The notes beneath the pieces were generated by a model. The model was given only the letters and a program-made list of their open reading frames with translations, made no database searches and had not been told where the DNA came from. A DNA stretch of 59,239 nucleotides. It comes from Candidatus Aceula lacicola. GTDB taxonomy: Bacteria; Omnitrophota; Gorgyraeia; Zapsychrales; Aceulaceae. Below are positions 24,629 to 34,865 of this stretch, in pieces (positions within the stretch are counted from its first letter, which is position 1; the number at the start of each line of letters is the position of its first letter). A program made the position numbers and the translations under genes. The stretch covers positions 1 through 59,239 of the forward strand of contig JAVCCC010000021.1 of the NCBI GenBank assembly GCA_030765785.1, given 5' to 3'.

Positions 24629-24660
24629 ATTTTCTTTTCTTGGTTGAAGTTCTGAACTTT

Positions 24661-25119
24661 TTAATTAATTTCAACAACAGCGCCGGCATCAGCTAATTTT
24701 TTCTTTAGCTCTTCTGCTTCTTCTTTTGTAACGCCTTCTTTAATAGGTTTTGGAGCAGCTTCAACTAAATCTTTTGCTTCCTTTAAACCTAAATTTGTTG
24801 CAGCTCTAACTTCCTTGATGACAGAGATTTTATTAGCACCCATTTCTTTCAAGATAACATCAAAAGCTGTTTTCTCTTCTTCTGGTGCTGCTGCAGCGCC
24901 TGCAGCGCCGCCCATCATTGGAACACCCATCATTGGTGCTGCGGCTGTAATGCCAAACTTGTCTTCAAGAGCTTTAACCAAATCAGAAAGCTCAAGAGCT
25001 GTTAAACCTTCAACTGTCTTGATAACTTCTTCTAGCTTTGATGAAAGCGCCTTACTTTCCTTCTTTTCTTCTACTGCTGGTTGTTGCTCAACCTTTTCTT
25101 CTGCTGTATTTTCTGACAT
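24661..25119 (-). CDS. rplL: 50S ribosomal protein L7/L12 with acidic N-terminal extension
   Basis: [28 protein letters not shown]; GGAGG SD before ATG 25119. Confidence 0.99.
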   Translation of the reverse strand: MSENTAEEKVEQQPAVEEKKESKALSSKLEEVIKTVEGLTALELSDLVKALEDKFGITAAAPMMGVPMMGGAAGAAAAPEEEKTAFDVILKEMGANKISVIKEVRAATNLGLKEAKDLVEAAPKPIKEGVTKEEAEELKKKLADAGAVVEIN

Positions 25120-25120
25120 T

Positions 25121-25651
25121 TTACTTTCCTCCTATTTTCTCGCTTAATTGCTTTAATATTGATAATAAATCTCTGGTTTTTCCTGTTAAAGCTCCCGCCA
25201 ATCTTGTGAGCGGAGCTTGTATTGTTTGAGCTAACATCGTCAACAATACATCTCGACTTGGAAGATCTGATAGTCGCTGAATTTCTGATTCAGCAACAGC
25301 CTTACCTTCTAAAACGCCACCTTGAACATTAAGTCCTTCAAAATCTTTAGCAAATTTAACTAAAACTTTTGCTACCTCAACAGAATCTTTATCGCTCCAA
25401 ACAAAGGCAATCTGATTTTCAATCTTTTCACCTAATTCAGAAATATCTAAATCTTTCAATGCTCTTTGAGCAATGCGATTTTTTGATACATAAATTTCCG
25501 CGCCTGTTTGGCTCAATGCTTTTCTAAAATCACTCATTTCGGGTGAAGAAACTTTGGAATAACTAATCAAAAAAGTGTTCTGACGCTCTTTAACACCTTT
25601 GGAAATTCGATTGATAATGCCTTCTCTGATTAAAAGTCCAACTTTTTTCAT
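25121..25651 (-). CDS. rplJ: 50S ribosomal protein L10
   Basis: [17 protein letters not shown]; between rplA and rplL. Confidence 0.95.
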   Translation of the reverse strand: MKKVGLLIREGIINRISKGVKERQNTFLISYSKVSSPEMSDFRKALSQTGAEIYVSKNRIAQRALKDLDISELGEKIENQIAFVWSDKDSVEVAKVLVKFAKDFEGLNVQGGVLEGKAVAESEIQRLSDLPSRDVLLTMLAQTIQAPLTRLAGALTGKTRDLLSILKQLSEKIGGK

Positions 25652-26328
25652 AATGATACCTTTATCCCTGGACCCATTGTTGTCGCCAACGAAACACTTT
25701 TGATTAAATCTCCCTTGATAGCCTGAGGCGTTACATGATTAATCGCATCCAGCAAATATTTAACATTCTCAAGAATCTTGTCCGCAGAAAACGAACATTT
25801 GCCAACGCCAATATGAACACCTGCTTGCTTATCAGATTTAAATTCAACCTTACCTGCTCTAACCTCATTAACGGCTTTCTCTATATCTGTAGTGACTGTG
25901 CCCGACTTTGGACTTGGCATTAAACCACGAGGCCCTAGAACTTTTCCAAGCTTGCTTAAATCTCTCATAATATCTGGCGTTGCAATAACACAATCAAATC
26001 CCAAGAATCCTTTTGACACTTTTTCAATCAAATCTTCTGCTCCAACATAATCGACGCCAAGTTCCTTGGCTTTTAGAGCTTGATCTCCTTTGCAAAAAAC
26101 AGCAATTTTTACTTTTTTCCCTGTTCCATGAGGCAAAACAGCTGTGCCGCGAACAATTTGCTCAGAACTTTTTGGATCAACATTTAACCGGAGATGCAAC
26201 TCTAATGTTTCGTCAAATTTAACTCTTGGAACACCTAAAAGAACTTCAATGCCTTCCTTGAGAGGATAAATCTTTCCAGCCTCAACCTTTTCAACCGATT
26301 TTGCCATACGTTTGCTTAATTTAACCAT
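25648..26328 (-). CDS. rplA: 50S ribosomal protein L1
   Basis: [33 protein letters not shown]. Confidence 0.99.
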   Translation of the reverse strand: MVKLSKRMAKSVEKVEAGKIYPLKEGIEVLLGVPRVKFDETLELHLRLNVDPKSSEQIVRGTAVLPHGTGKKVKIAVFCKGDQALKAKELGVDYVGAEDLIEKVSKGFLGFDCVIATPDIMRDLSKLGKVLGPRGLMPSPKSGTVTTDIEKAVNEVRAGKVEFKSDKQAGVHIGVGKCSFSADKILENVKYLLDAINHVTPQAIKGDLIKSVSLATTMGPGIKVSL

Positions 26329-26749
26329 CAGAAACCTCGATTCCCATGCTTCGAGCTGTTCCCTTAATAATTTTGACAGCTTTATCCATGCTAGCCGTAT
26401 TTAAATCTTCCATTTTTGTTTTGGCAATTTCTTGGACTTGCTTCATGTCAATTGTGCCAATTTTTTCTTTTCCAGCTAAGCCAGAAGCTTTTGCCAAATT
26501 TGCTGCTTTTTTAATAAGAACTGAACTAGGTGGGGTTTTAAGAATAAAATCAAACGACTTATCTTTGTAGACTTTAATGATCGCCGGCAAGATAAGGCCT
26601 TCTCTGCCTTTTGTTTTTTCATTAAACTGCTTGCAAAACATCATAATATTAACGCCATGCTGACCTAACGCAGGACCAACAGGTGGGGCAGGATTTGCCT
26701 GACCCGCAGGAACATAAAGTTTTATTTGAGCGACTACTTCTTTTGCCAT
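26321..26749 (-). CDS. rplK: 50S ribosomal protein L11
   Basis: [26 protein letters not shown]. Confidence 0.99.
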   Translation of the reverse strand: MAKEVVAQIKLYVPAGQANPAPPVGPALGQHGVNIMMFCKQFNEKTKGREGLILPAIIKVYKDKSFDFILKTPPSSVLIKKAANLAKASGLAGKEKIGTIDMKQVQEIAKTKMEDLNTASMDKAVKIIKGTARSMGIEVSDG

Positions 26750-26750
26750 G

Positions 26751-27275
26751 TTACACCTTCTCGACTTGCCAGTATTCTAGTTCAACGAGCGTTGATCGAC
26801 CAAAAATCGACACACTCACTTTTAATTTTCCGCGATCCGGATGGATCTCCATAACAACGCCGTTAAAACTTGCAAACGGTCCTTCAATAATCTGCATAGG
26901 TTCACCAATCTCAAAAATAGTCTTTGGACTTGGTTTTGCCTCTGTTTCTTCCGTTTTCTTTAAAATATTCTCAACTTCTTGTTCTGAAAGCGCTGCTGGC
27001 TTTCTGCCTGGTCCGATAAATCCAGCAATCCCTGGAGTCGTCTTAACTAAATACCAACTTTCATTGTTCATCTCCATGTTGATTATGATGTAACCTGGAA
27101 AAAACTTTCTAGTTGATATGCACTTCTTTCCGCGACGCACCTCAGAAACTTGTTCCGTTGGAACAACAACTTCCTTGATATACTGCTTTAAGCTGGTCGT
27201 TGCTATTCTTTTATCTAGACCGGCCTTTGCGCGTTCTTCACAACCTGTTTGTGTATGGACAACGTACCACTTCAT
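26751..27275 (-). CDS. nusG: Transcription factor NusG
   Basis: [33 protein letters not shown]. Confidence 0.99.
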   Translation of the reverse strand: MKWYVVHTQTGCEERAKAGLDKRIATTSLKQYIKEVVVPTEQVSEVRRGKKCISTRKFFPGYIIINMEMNNESWYLVKTTPGIAGFIGPGRKPAALSEQEVENILKKTEETEAKPSPKTIFEIGEPMQIIEGPFASFNGVVMEIHPDRGKLKVSVSIFGRSTLVELEYWQVEKV

Positions 27276-27279
27276 AATA

Positions 27280-27465
27280 TTATTTAATTATCAATCCTAA
27301 TAGCCTGGAAAGAATAAAATCGGAAGTGCCAATAAATAATCCTAAGAAAAATGTGCTGACAAGGACAATCCATGTCGCTTCAATCAACTCAGCACGTGTT
27401 GGCCAATTGACTTTCTTAAGTTCAACAACTACTTCCGAAAAAAATTTTTGAATCTTTCCAACCAT
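27280..27465 (-). CDS. secE: Preprotein translocase SecE (start re-assigned to ATG 27465)
   Basis: ELKKVNWP plus one TM helix; the ORF-track extension runs through tRNA-Trp. Confidence 0.96.
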   Translation of the reverse strand: MVGKIQKFFSEVVVELKKVNWPTRAELIEATWIVLVSTFFLGLFIGTSDFILSRLLGLIIK

Positions 27466-27481
27466 TTTATTGTTTTTTCCG

Positions 27482-27555
27482 CAGGCCTGGTAGGACTCGA
27501 ACCTACAACACTCGGTTTTGGAGACCGATGCTCTAGCCATTGGAGCTACAGGCCT
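27482..27555 (-). tRNA. tRNA-Trp (CCA); 3' CCA end not encoded
   Basis: AGGCCTG/CAGGCCT acceptor stem, anticodon arm TCGGT-CTCCAAA-ACCGA, T arm GTAGG-TTCGAGT-CCTAC. Confidence 0.97.
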
Positions 27556-27558
27556 AAG

Positions 27559-27711
27559 TTATTTTTTCTTTTCCCGATGTAATGTATGTCGACGACAAAA
27601 ACGACAGAACTTCTTAAGTTCAATACGTTCTGGTTTTTTCTTTTTATCTTTTGTACTTGTATAATTAAGCTGTTTACATTCAGTACACTGAAATTGAATA
27701 TTTTCACGCAT
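27559..27711 (-). CDS. rpmG: 50S ribosomal protein L33 (Zn type; absent from ORF track)
   Basis: Manual translation [50 protein letters not shown]. Confidence 0.97.
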   Translation of the reverse strand: MRENIQFQCTECKQLNYTSTKDKKKKPERIELKKFCRFCRRHTLHREKKK

Positions 27712-27737
27712 TTTAAGAATCTCGTTATTCTTCTTTA

Positions 27738-27810
<73 letters not shown>

Positions 27811-27826
27811 AAATATATGAACCCAA

Positions 27827-27855
27827 AGTATACTGTCTTATCTAAAATTTGTCAA
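27827..27855 (-). promoter_or_regulatory. Sigma70-type promoter for the tRNA-Thr/ribosomal superoperon
   Basis: TTGACA-17 nt-TATACT, AT-rich upstream, 16 nt before tRNA-Thr. Confidence 0.85.
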
Positions 27856-27914
27856 GTTTTTTATTAACTATTTCTAATACTAAAGATATTAAAAATAATA
27901 GGGTTAGCTCAATT

Positions 27915-29099
27915 TTATGATGTCTTAATTAATCTTAAAAAACGACGTTTTCCGATCTTTAAAACCCCTGACTCTTTAGGCAAAATATCTTTATCAAGCT
28001 TTTTTCCATTAAAACTAACTGCCCCTTGTTTTAAAAGGCGTCGCACTTCATTTGATGAAATTGGACACGGTGAAACGCTGACCGTTGATGCCGTAGTTGA
28101 AATTGCAGTCAATGCAGAAATTTCAGAAGTATCATATTCCGGTATGTCATCTGGCACTTCTCCACCAGAAAACTGCTTTTCAAAGCTTTCACGCTCTATT
28201 TTAGCCACTTTTTCTGAATAAAACTGACTAACAATCTCCTCGGCAAGGGTCAATTTTGCCTCTTTAGGATGCATTTCTTTAGCTTTAGAGATATCTATAT
28301 CTGTCAAAAGCTCGTAATATCTAAGCATCATTTCATCGCTAATAGACATTATTTTACCAAAAATCTCCTTTGGTGGCTCATCAATGCCAATATAGTTACC
28401 TAAAGACTTGCTCATCTTCTGAACGCCATCTGTGCCCTCTAGAAGGGGCATCATAACGACAGCCTGCGGCTCTTGACCAAAGGTTTCCTGTAGCTGTCGC
28501 GCCATCAAAAGATTAAATTTCTGATCAGAACCACCAAGCTCAACATCTGCCTTCAAATAAACTGAATCATACCCTTGCATCAAAGGATAGATAAACTCTA
28601 AAATACTGATTTCTTTGTTCTCATCTATGCGTTTCTTAAAATCTGCACGAGCCAACATCTGCGCAACAGTACATCGAGCAGACAAATCCAAAACATCCTG
28701 ACTTGAAAGCCTTTTAAGCCATTTGCTATTAAAAATAACATTCGTTTTCTTTTTATCGAGAATCTTAAAGACCTGCCGTTCATATGTTTTAGCATTTTTA
28801 CGAATCTGTCCTGGCGTCATGCGCACGCGCAGTTGATCGCGCCCTGTTGGATCACCAATTTGAGCAGTAAAATCTCCAATTAAAAAGAAAACTTTATGAC
28901 CTAAATCCTGAAATTGTCTTATTTTTCTAAGTAAAACAACATGGCCGAGATGTAAATCTGGAGCGGTTGGATCAAACCCAGCTTTAATGTGAAGTGGTTT
29001 TTTATTTTTTTGAGACCTTAAAAGCTTTTCCTTTAAGATTTCAATATTGATAATTTCTGTGGTACCAGAAGAAATTTTCTTGATGATGTCTTCTTGCAT
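27915..29099 (-). CDS. tyrS: Tyrosyl-tRNA synthetase
   Basis: GFDPTAPDLHLGH, YPLMQGYD, GGSDQKFN, KMSKS, C-terminal S4-like domain. Confidence 0.98.
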   Translation of the reverse strand: MQEDIIKKISSGTTEIINIEILKEKLLRSQKNKKPLHIKAGFDPTAPDLHLGHVVLLRKIRQFQDLGHKVFFLIGDFTAQIGDPTGRDQLRVRMTPGQIRKNAKTYERQVFKILDKKKTNVIFNSKWLKRLSSQDVLDLSARCTVAQMLARADFKKRIDENKEISILEFIYPLMQGYDSVYLKADVELGGSDQKFNLLMARQLQETFGQEPQAVVMMPLLEGTDGVQKMSKSLGNYIGIDEPPKEIFGKIMSISDEMMLRYYELLTDIDISKAKEMHPKEAKLTLAEEIVSQFYSEKVAKIERESFEKQFSGGEVPDDIPEYDTSEISALTAISTTASTVSVSPCPISSNEVRRLLKQGAVSFNGKKLDKDILPKESGVLKIGKRRFLRLIKTS

Positions 29100-29123
29100 G
29101 ATATTTGCCTTGGATTAAACAAG

Positions 29124-29161
29124 TGAAAATGTGTGACTGCACTTCTCAGCGCAGTCACACA
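29124..29161 (-). terminator. Intrinsic terminator-like hairpin after rpsA
   Basis: TGTGTGACTGCGCT-GAGA-AGTGCAGTCACACA (14 bp, one G-U, GNRA loop) followed by TTTTCACTT. Confidence 0.8.
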
Positions 29162-29174
29162 CATAATAACTTAT

Positions 29175-30755
29175 TTACTCTTGCTCAACTTCTCGTGCTT
29201 GATCGTCGGAAACTTTTGAACTTAAACCAATTTTCATCTGATCAACATCGACTTTGATAACCTTTACCTGAATCTTATCTCCAGCTTTTAAGGCATCAGA
29301 AGCTGTTTTATCAATTTCAGAAGCATAAATAAGTCCTTCGAGCTCCTCCTCAAGCTTGACAAAAACACCAAACTCAGAATTCATCACGACCTCTGCCTCT
29401 AAAACTTTTCCAACTGGATATTGTTCTGCAATCTCAGACCACGGATTATCTTTAAGCTGCTTGTATCCCAATGTGATCTTTCTTTGGTCCGGATCAACAG
29501 CTAACACAACAATCTCGACCGATTGACCTTTTTTGAAGATTTCCTGAGGATGATTGACTTTGCGAGTCCAAGACATATCAGAAACATGAATCATTCCTTC
29601 AATACTTCCGTCGAGCTCAACAAATGCCCCATAATCTGTAAATCCGCGAATCTTTCCTTCGACTTTTGAATCAATAGGAAACTTTTCTTCAGCTTCAAGC
29701 CATGGATTCTTTTCCAATTGCTTAAGACTTAAAGAAATTCTTTTAGTATCGCGGTCAATATTAATAATTTGAACTTCGATCATATCGCCAATCGCAAACA
29801 TTTCCTGAGGATTGACCATCTTCTTCTGCCAAGAAATTTCAGAAGAATGCAAAAGCCCTTCAATGCCCTTGTCAATTTCGACAAAAACACCGTAAGGCAT
29901 AAGATTAACAACTTTACCTTGAATTTTTGACGCAACAGGATATTTATTTTCAATACCTTCCCATGGATTAGCAGTGATTTGTTTTAATCCTAATGACACT
30001 TTTGAATTCTCTTTATCAAAATCAAGAATCAAAACTTCTATCTCATCACCTACTGCAACCAACTCTGATGGATGATTAATGCGAGACCAACTCATATCTG
30101 TAATATGCAAAAGTCCATCAATTCCGCCAAGGTCAATAAATGCACCGAAATCTGTAATGCCCTTAACGCTACCAACACGCTTTTGTCCTTTTTCAATCTT
30201 GTCCCAAAGTTTCGCCCTAATTTCGTCGCGCTCTTTTTGGACAACTTCTCGTCGAGAAAGAATAATGTTGCGTCTCTGCTTATTCATCTTGGTCACAACA
30301 AACTTATATTTGTTTCCAATGATATCTTTTGGCGCAACACCCTTAAATGCGGACAACGATCTTGGTAAAAACGCATCCGCTCCTTGCATATCAACGATGT
30401 ATCCACCATTGACTGGCTTAACGACACGACCCTCTACAGAAGATCCCTCATCAACCTCATCAACAATTTTCTGCCATCCTTTAAGCTTTTGAGCTTTTGA
30501 ATACGAAAGAATAAGTCTTCCTGCGTCGTCCTCAGTCGATTCGATTAAAACGTCAACCTGGTTTCCTTCCTTAAGCTCCTCAATATCCCGAAATTCGCCT
30601 AGAGGAATAAATCCCTCGGATTTAAATCCGATATCGACGATAACATCCTTTTCGGTAATTCCTACGATTTCGCCTTTAACGATTTCGCCTTCGTTAATTT
30701 CTCGCAGAGTATTTTCGTACAACTCTGCCATAATAGATTGTTTTTCTGCTGACAT
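29175..30755 (-). CDS. rpsA: 30S ribosomal protein S1
   Basis: Six S1 repeats, e.g. DFGAFIDLGGIDGLLHITDMSW, DYGAFVEL..EGMIHVSDMSW. Confidence 0.98.
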   Translation of the reverse strand: MSAEKQSIMAELYENTLREINEGEIVKGEIVGITEKDVIVDIGFKSEGFIPLGEFRDIEELKEGNQVDVLIESTEDDAGRLILSYSKAQKLKGWQKIVDEVDEGSSVEGRVVKPVNGGYIVDMQGADAFLPRSLSAFKGVAPKDIIGNKYKFVVTKMNKQRRNIILSRREVVQKERDEIRAKLWDKIEKGQKRVGSVKGITDFGAFIDLGGIDGLLHITDMSWSRINHPSELVAVGDEIEVLILDFDKENSKVSLGLKQITANPWEGIENKYPVASKIQGKVVNLMPYGVFVEIDKGIEGLLHSSEISWQKKMVNPQEMFAIGDMIEVQIINIDRDTKRISLSLKQLEKNPWLEAEEKFPIDSKVEGKIRGFTDYGAFVELDGSIEGMIHVSDMSWTRKVNHPQEIFKKGQSVEIVVLAVDPDQRKITLGYKQLKDNPWSEIAEQYPVGKVLEAEVVMNSEFGVFVKLEEELEGLIYASEIDKTASDALKAGDKIQVKVIKVDVDQMKIGLSSKVSDDQAREVEQE

Positions 30756-30846
30756 AAACTAAACACCTCTTTCTTAAGAATTCTTTTGCGTGAAATACGA
30801 AAAATCAATCAGCAAAGGATTAACCGTTTTCTGCAAAAGTTCCAAG

Positions 30847-30875
30847 ATTATCGGTGAAAAGGCCCCTTTTGTCAA
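30847..30875 (-). promoter_or_regulatory. Candidate sigma70 promoter for rpsA
   Basis: TTGACA-17 nt-GATAAT. Confidence 0.65.
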
Positions 30876-30934
30876 CTAAAATTTTTATGATTAAACAATA
30901 TTAAGAAAAAAGAAAAAAATAGTGGAGAAAAAAT

Positions 30935-31534
30935 CTACTTGCTTACCTTTAAAGATAGCTCTTTAATGGCTTCCATAACTGCATATGCTGTTTCTCGATA
31001 TGACTCGCCTTGCTTAATATGAATAGGTGAGCCAAAATAAACCGTTACTCTCGCAGGCTTGATTAGCTTTGATTTAGGCGCCATGGCCTTATTTGATCCA
31101 CAAATATAAGCTGGCACAATCGGGACACCTGCCTTCGCAGCAATCATTCCAACACCTGGCTTGGCGTTTTCTGGATCAATCACACCTATTTGCCGCCCTC
31201 CTTGAGGGAACATGACAAGCCCTTGCTTTGTATTAAGTCGACGGATAGATTCTCTAATTGAACTAGGATCTGCGATTCCTCTTCGAGCAGGAAAAGCTCC
31301 GACCAACGGAAGGATGGTAGAAAAAAACTTACTTTTAAACAAAGATGCCTTGGCAAAATAGCTTAATCTACGCCCAGAGGCAATGCCCAAAATCATTGGA
31401 TCCAGATTACTTAAATGGTTACTTGCCAAGACGTAACCAGACTCCTTAGGTATATGCTCAGCTCCAAAAGCCCGAAGAAACAAAAAGCTTTTAAAAAAAA
31501 TCCAAAATAACACATGCCCTATCCAATAAACCAT
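30935..31534 (-). CDS. plsC: 1-acyl-sn-glycerol-3-phosphate acyltransferase
   Basis: NHLSNLD (HX4D), FPQGGR, VPIVP. Confidence 0.92.
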   Translation of the reverse strand: MVYWIGHVLFWIFFKSFLFLRAFGAEHIPKESGYVLASNHLSNLDPMILGIASGRRLSYFAKASLFKSKFFSTILPLVGAFPARRGIADPSSIRESIRRLNTKQGLVMFPQGGRQIGVIDPENAKPGVGMIAAKAGVPIVPAYICGSNKAMAPKSKLIKPARVTVYFGSPIHIKQGESYRETAYAVMEAIKELSLKVSK

Positions 31535-31535
31535 T

Positions 31536-32963
31536 TTATAATTTCTTTAATACCGTTTTTCCGTATTCAATCAGCATTTTTGCCTTAGCCATAGATTTAG
31601 CTTCGACATAGGATCGAACCAACGGCTCTGTACCAGATGGACGAAACATAATCCAGCTCTCATCTTCACAAACAAGCTTAACGCCGTCGAATGTCTTGAT
31701 ATCAACGACCTTTTTCCCAAGAATCTTTTTCATTAATTTTACTTTTTTCAAATCAAATTTCTTCTTATCGGTTTTAAGTCCTGCTTTTTGATAATAATAT
31801 CGCCCGAACTCTTTTTCCATTTCTTGGATAAGCTTTTTGATACTTTTTTTGCTATACACCATCATTTCAAGCAAAAGAAGGCCTGCAAGAGTACCATCTC
31901 TTTCTGGAATATAATTCTGAACACCAACCCCTCCAGCTTCTTCACCGCCGGCTAAAATATCCTCAGAAATCATTAAATCAGAAATATATTTAAATCCAAC
32001 TGGCGTTTCATAAAGTTTTAAACCTAAACCTTTTGCGATATTGTCAAGCATCGTTGTTCCGCAAATTGTTTTAACGATGCCGCCTGATCGACCTTTATTT
32101 CGCGCAAGATGCAAAATAATCAATCCCAATATTTTCTGAGGGTTAATATATTCTCCGTCAGCTGTAACAGCAGCAATGCGATCAGCATCTCCATCTAAAA
32201 TGAGACCAAGATCAAATTTTTCTTTTTTAACGCGATCCTTGATCTCACTAACATATTCTTCAACAGGCTCTGGCTTCCCCCCTTCAAAGGAAGGATTAAT
32301 GTCTGCGCGCATGACTTGAGCTCGAATATTAGTCTCTCTTAAAACACGTAAAATCAAAGAACCTCCGCTACCATGCATCGCATCAGTCAAAACTTTATAA
32401 CGCGATTTCTTGATGGCTTTCAAATCAATATAATTTCTTAAAAAATCAACATACTCTTCCTTAAAATCATAAATGACTAAATCTTTTTTCTTTTTTGCCA
32501 TCTCAAAGTCAACCTTTTTAACTTCTGTCTTGCATAAGTATTCTTCAACAAGATCTGTTATTTCTCTTGAAGCAGCACCGCCTTGTGCTGTTTTAATCTT
32601 AATACCGTTAAATGCGGCTGGGTTGTGGCTTGCTGTAACCATAAGGCCAGCAACACAATTTCTTCGCGTTACACCAAAACTTAATGTCGGCGTTGGAATC
32701 GCTGTATCAGAAAGATAAACCTCTATATTATTTTTTGCCAAAATGCATGCCAGCGTCTTTGCATATTGATCCGACAAAAATCTTGTATCGTATCCTACGG
32801 CGACTCCTTTGCGAACGCCTGGCTTTTTTCTTAGGTCATGATTGATCCACTCGCTAATCGCTTGTGACAAGATTTCAACATTCTTAAATGTGAATTCCTT
32901 TGAAATGACTGCCCTCCAGCCATCAGTTCCAAACTTAATTTCATTTCTTGCATTTTCGCACAT
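31536..32963 (-). CDS. Phosphoglucomutase/phosphomannomutase family protein
   Basis: FGTDGWR, TASHNP, DGDADR, GGEEAGG, RPSGTEP. Confidence 0.95.
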   Translation of the reverse strand: MCENARNEIKFGTDGWRAVISKEFTFKNVEILSQAISEWINHDLRKKPGVRKGVAVGYDTRFLSDQYAKTLACILAKNNIEVYLSDTAIPTPTLSFGVTRRNCVAGLMVTASHNPAAFNGIKIKTAQGGAASREITDLVEEYLCKTEVKKVDFEMAKKKKDLVIYDFKEEYVDFLRNYIDLKAIKKSRYKVLTDAMHGSGGSLILRVLRETNIRAQVMRADINPSFEGGKPEPVEEYVSEIKDRVKKEKFDLGLILDGDADRIAAVTADGEYINPQKILGLIILHLARNKGRSGGIVKTICGTTMLDNIAKGLGLKLYETPVGFKYISDLMISEDILAGGEEAGGVGVQNYIPERDGTLAGLLLLEMMVYSKKSIKKLIQEMEKEFGRYYYQKAGLKTDKKKFDLKKVKLMKKILGKKVVDIKTFDGVKLVCEDESWIMFRPSGTEPLVRSYVEAKSMAKAKMLIEYGKTVLKKL

Positions 32964-32994
32964 GAGACAACTCCCTTACCTTGTTATTTAATAA

Positions 32995-33576
32995 TCAATT
33001 AGTAGCTCCATAAAGCTTATTCTGAAAAACATAATCCAAGACTTTATCCGGCACAAAATACTTTATTGTTTTATTCTGAAACATACGCATGCGAACATAC
33101 GACGACGAGATATCAATCCCAGGCATAATAACGCTATGATGTTTTGCGTCTGAACTCTTTTTAATATATCCCGGTCTGTTAACAACAATAAAATCTGCAA
33201 TTTCCAAAATTTTATCAATATACTTCCATTTCGGAAGTTGAGATAACGTATCTTCTCCGATAATAAAAAATAATTCCGTATCTGGAGGATACGTTTCCTT
33301 AAAGTAAAGCATCGTATTAATTGTATACGACCTTCCTCTTTTTTTAATTTCAAAATCAGAAATCTCAAAAAAAGGATTATCTTCAATCGCCAAACGTACC
33401 ATTTCAAAACGATGTTTAGCGCCGGCGACAACTTTTCTATTTTTATGCGGAGGAATATAGGTTGGAACAAAAACAACCTTATTCAAATGCATACGTTCTA
33501 AAGCCATTTGAGCAATTGCTAAATGGCCAATATGAATCGGATTAAAGGTTCCGCCTAATACTCCTACTCTTTGCAC
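32995..33576 (-). CDS. nadD: Nicotinate-nucleotide adenylyltransferase (GTG start)
   Basis: GGTFNPIHIGH, PPHK, SYTINT, ISSS. Confidence 0.97.
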   Translation of the reverse strand: MQRVGVLGGTFNPIHIGHLAIAQMALERMHLNKVVFVPTYIPPHKNRKVVAGAKHRFEMVRLAIEDNPFFEISDFEIKKRGRSYTINTMLYFKETYPPDTELFFIIGEDTLSQLPKWKYIDKILEIADFIVVNRPGYIKKSSDAKHHSVIMPGIDISSSYVRMRMFQNKTIKYFVPDKVLDYVFQNKLYGATN

Positions 33577-33597
33577 GTTCTTTCCTTAATCAAAAAT

Positions 33598-34854
33598 CTA
33601 TTTACGAATCTGCCCTTTGCCCAATATCGTATATTTATACGTTGTCAGCTCAGGCAATGCCATAGGCCCTCGAGCGTGAAGTTTACCTGTACTAATACCA
33701 ACTTCTGCTCCAAACCCAAATTCATATCCATCTGTAAAACGTGTCGATGCATTAACATAAACACAAGATGAATCAACAGCCCGCAAGAATTCATCTGCTT
33801 CTTTTTTATTTTTTGTAACAATAGTATCCGAATGTTTTGATCCGTAAATATTAATATGTTCAATGGCTTCAAAAAGATTGCCAACAACCTTTACTGAAAG
33901 AATTAAATCAAGATACTCTTCAGGCCAATCTTTTTTAGTTGCCTTCTTAATACCTGAAACAATTTCTCGAGTGCGTACACATCCACGAATCTCAACGCCA
34001 GCCTTATCAAAATTACTGATCATAGTCGGCAAAAAAATCTTAGCAATATTTTGATGCACCAACATTGTTTCCATAGCGTTGCAAACACCTGGACGCTGAA
34101 CCTTAGCATTAAAACAAATATTGCGTGCCATTCTTAAATTTGCAGAATTGCTAACATACGTATGGCAAACACCCTTGTAATGCTTGATAACAGGAATACA
34201 AGAATTTTGTGTCACAAATTTAATCAAACTTTCTCCGCCTCTTGGCACAATAACATCAACATACTCATCTAATTTTAAAAGAAAATTAACAGACGCTCTA
34301 TCTGTTGATGATATTAGCTGAACAGCATTAAGCGGAACTTTTGTCTTTTTAAGTGATTTCTTAATAACATCAAAGATTGCCTTATTAGAATGCACGGCTT
34401 CCTTGCCACCTTTGAGAATAACCGCATTGCCTGATTTTAAACAAAGACCAATGCAATCACTCGTCACATTTGGACGCGATTCATAAATGATACCAACAAC
34501 GCCAATCGGCGTTCTGACCTTACTAATCTTGAGACCATTCGGGCGCCTGAAAGTTGCAATCATCTCATTAACCGGATCTTTAAGTTTTGCCGTATCTAAA
34601 AGACAATCCGCCATCGCCTTAATGCGTTTTTCATTTAACGTTAAACGATCAACCAGTGCTTTTGGATAATTTTTCTTAATAACAACATCAAGATCTCTTT
34701 GATTCTCTTTAACTAAGAATTTCTGATTCTTCAAAATAGCCTTGGCCATTAAGCGTAACGCTTTATTTTTTTCATTAGTCGAGACAAGTGCCATCTTTCG
34801 CGACGCAGCTTGTGTTAATCTCGCCATGGATATAATCTTTTTTTCTAAACTCAT
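33598..34854 (-). CDS. proA: Gamma-glutamyl phosphate reductase (probable ATG 34854)
   Basis: YESRPNVT, PRGGESLI, VCNAMET, NASTRFTDG, KLHARGP. Confidence 0.98.
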   Translation of the reverse strand: MSLEKKIISMARLTQAASRKMALVSTNEKNKALRLMAKAILKNQKFLVKENQRDLDVVIKKNYPKALVDRLTLNEKRIKAMADCLLDTAKLKDPVNEMIATFRRPNGLKISKVRTPIGVVGIIYESRPNVTSDCIGLCLKSGNAVILKGGKEAVHSNKAIFDVIKKSLKKTKVPLNAVQLISSTDRASVNFLLKLDEYVDVIVPRGGESLIKFVTQNSCIPVIKHYKGVCHTYVSNSANLRMARNICFNAKVQRPGVCNAMETMLVHQNIAKIFLPTMISNFDKAGVEIRGCVRTREIVSGIKKATKKDWPEEYLDLILSVKVVGNLFEAIEHINIYGSKHSDTIVTKNKKEADEFLRAVDSSCVYVNASTRFTDGYEFGFGAEVGISTGKLHARGPMALPELTTYKYTILGKGQIRK

Positions 34855-34865
34855 AACTTTCCTAG

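Noticed and set aside
24645-24660. AAGTTC-T-GAACTT palindrome between rplL and rpoB
   Set aside because: Short AT-rich stem with a 1-nt centre and no U tract; too weak to call an attenuator
27466-27540. Apparent N-terminal extension of SecE
   Set aside because: It is a translation of the tRNA-Trp gene
30935-31536. No cmk next to plsC-rpsA
   Set aside because: cmk linkage is variable and it may lie elsewhere; not informative from this window
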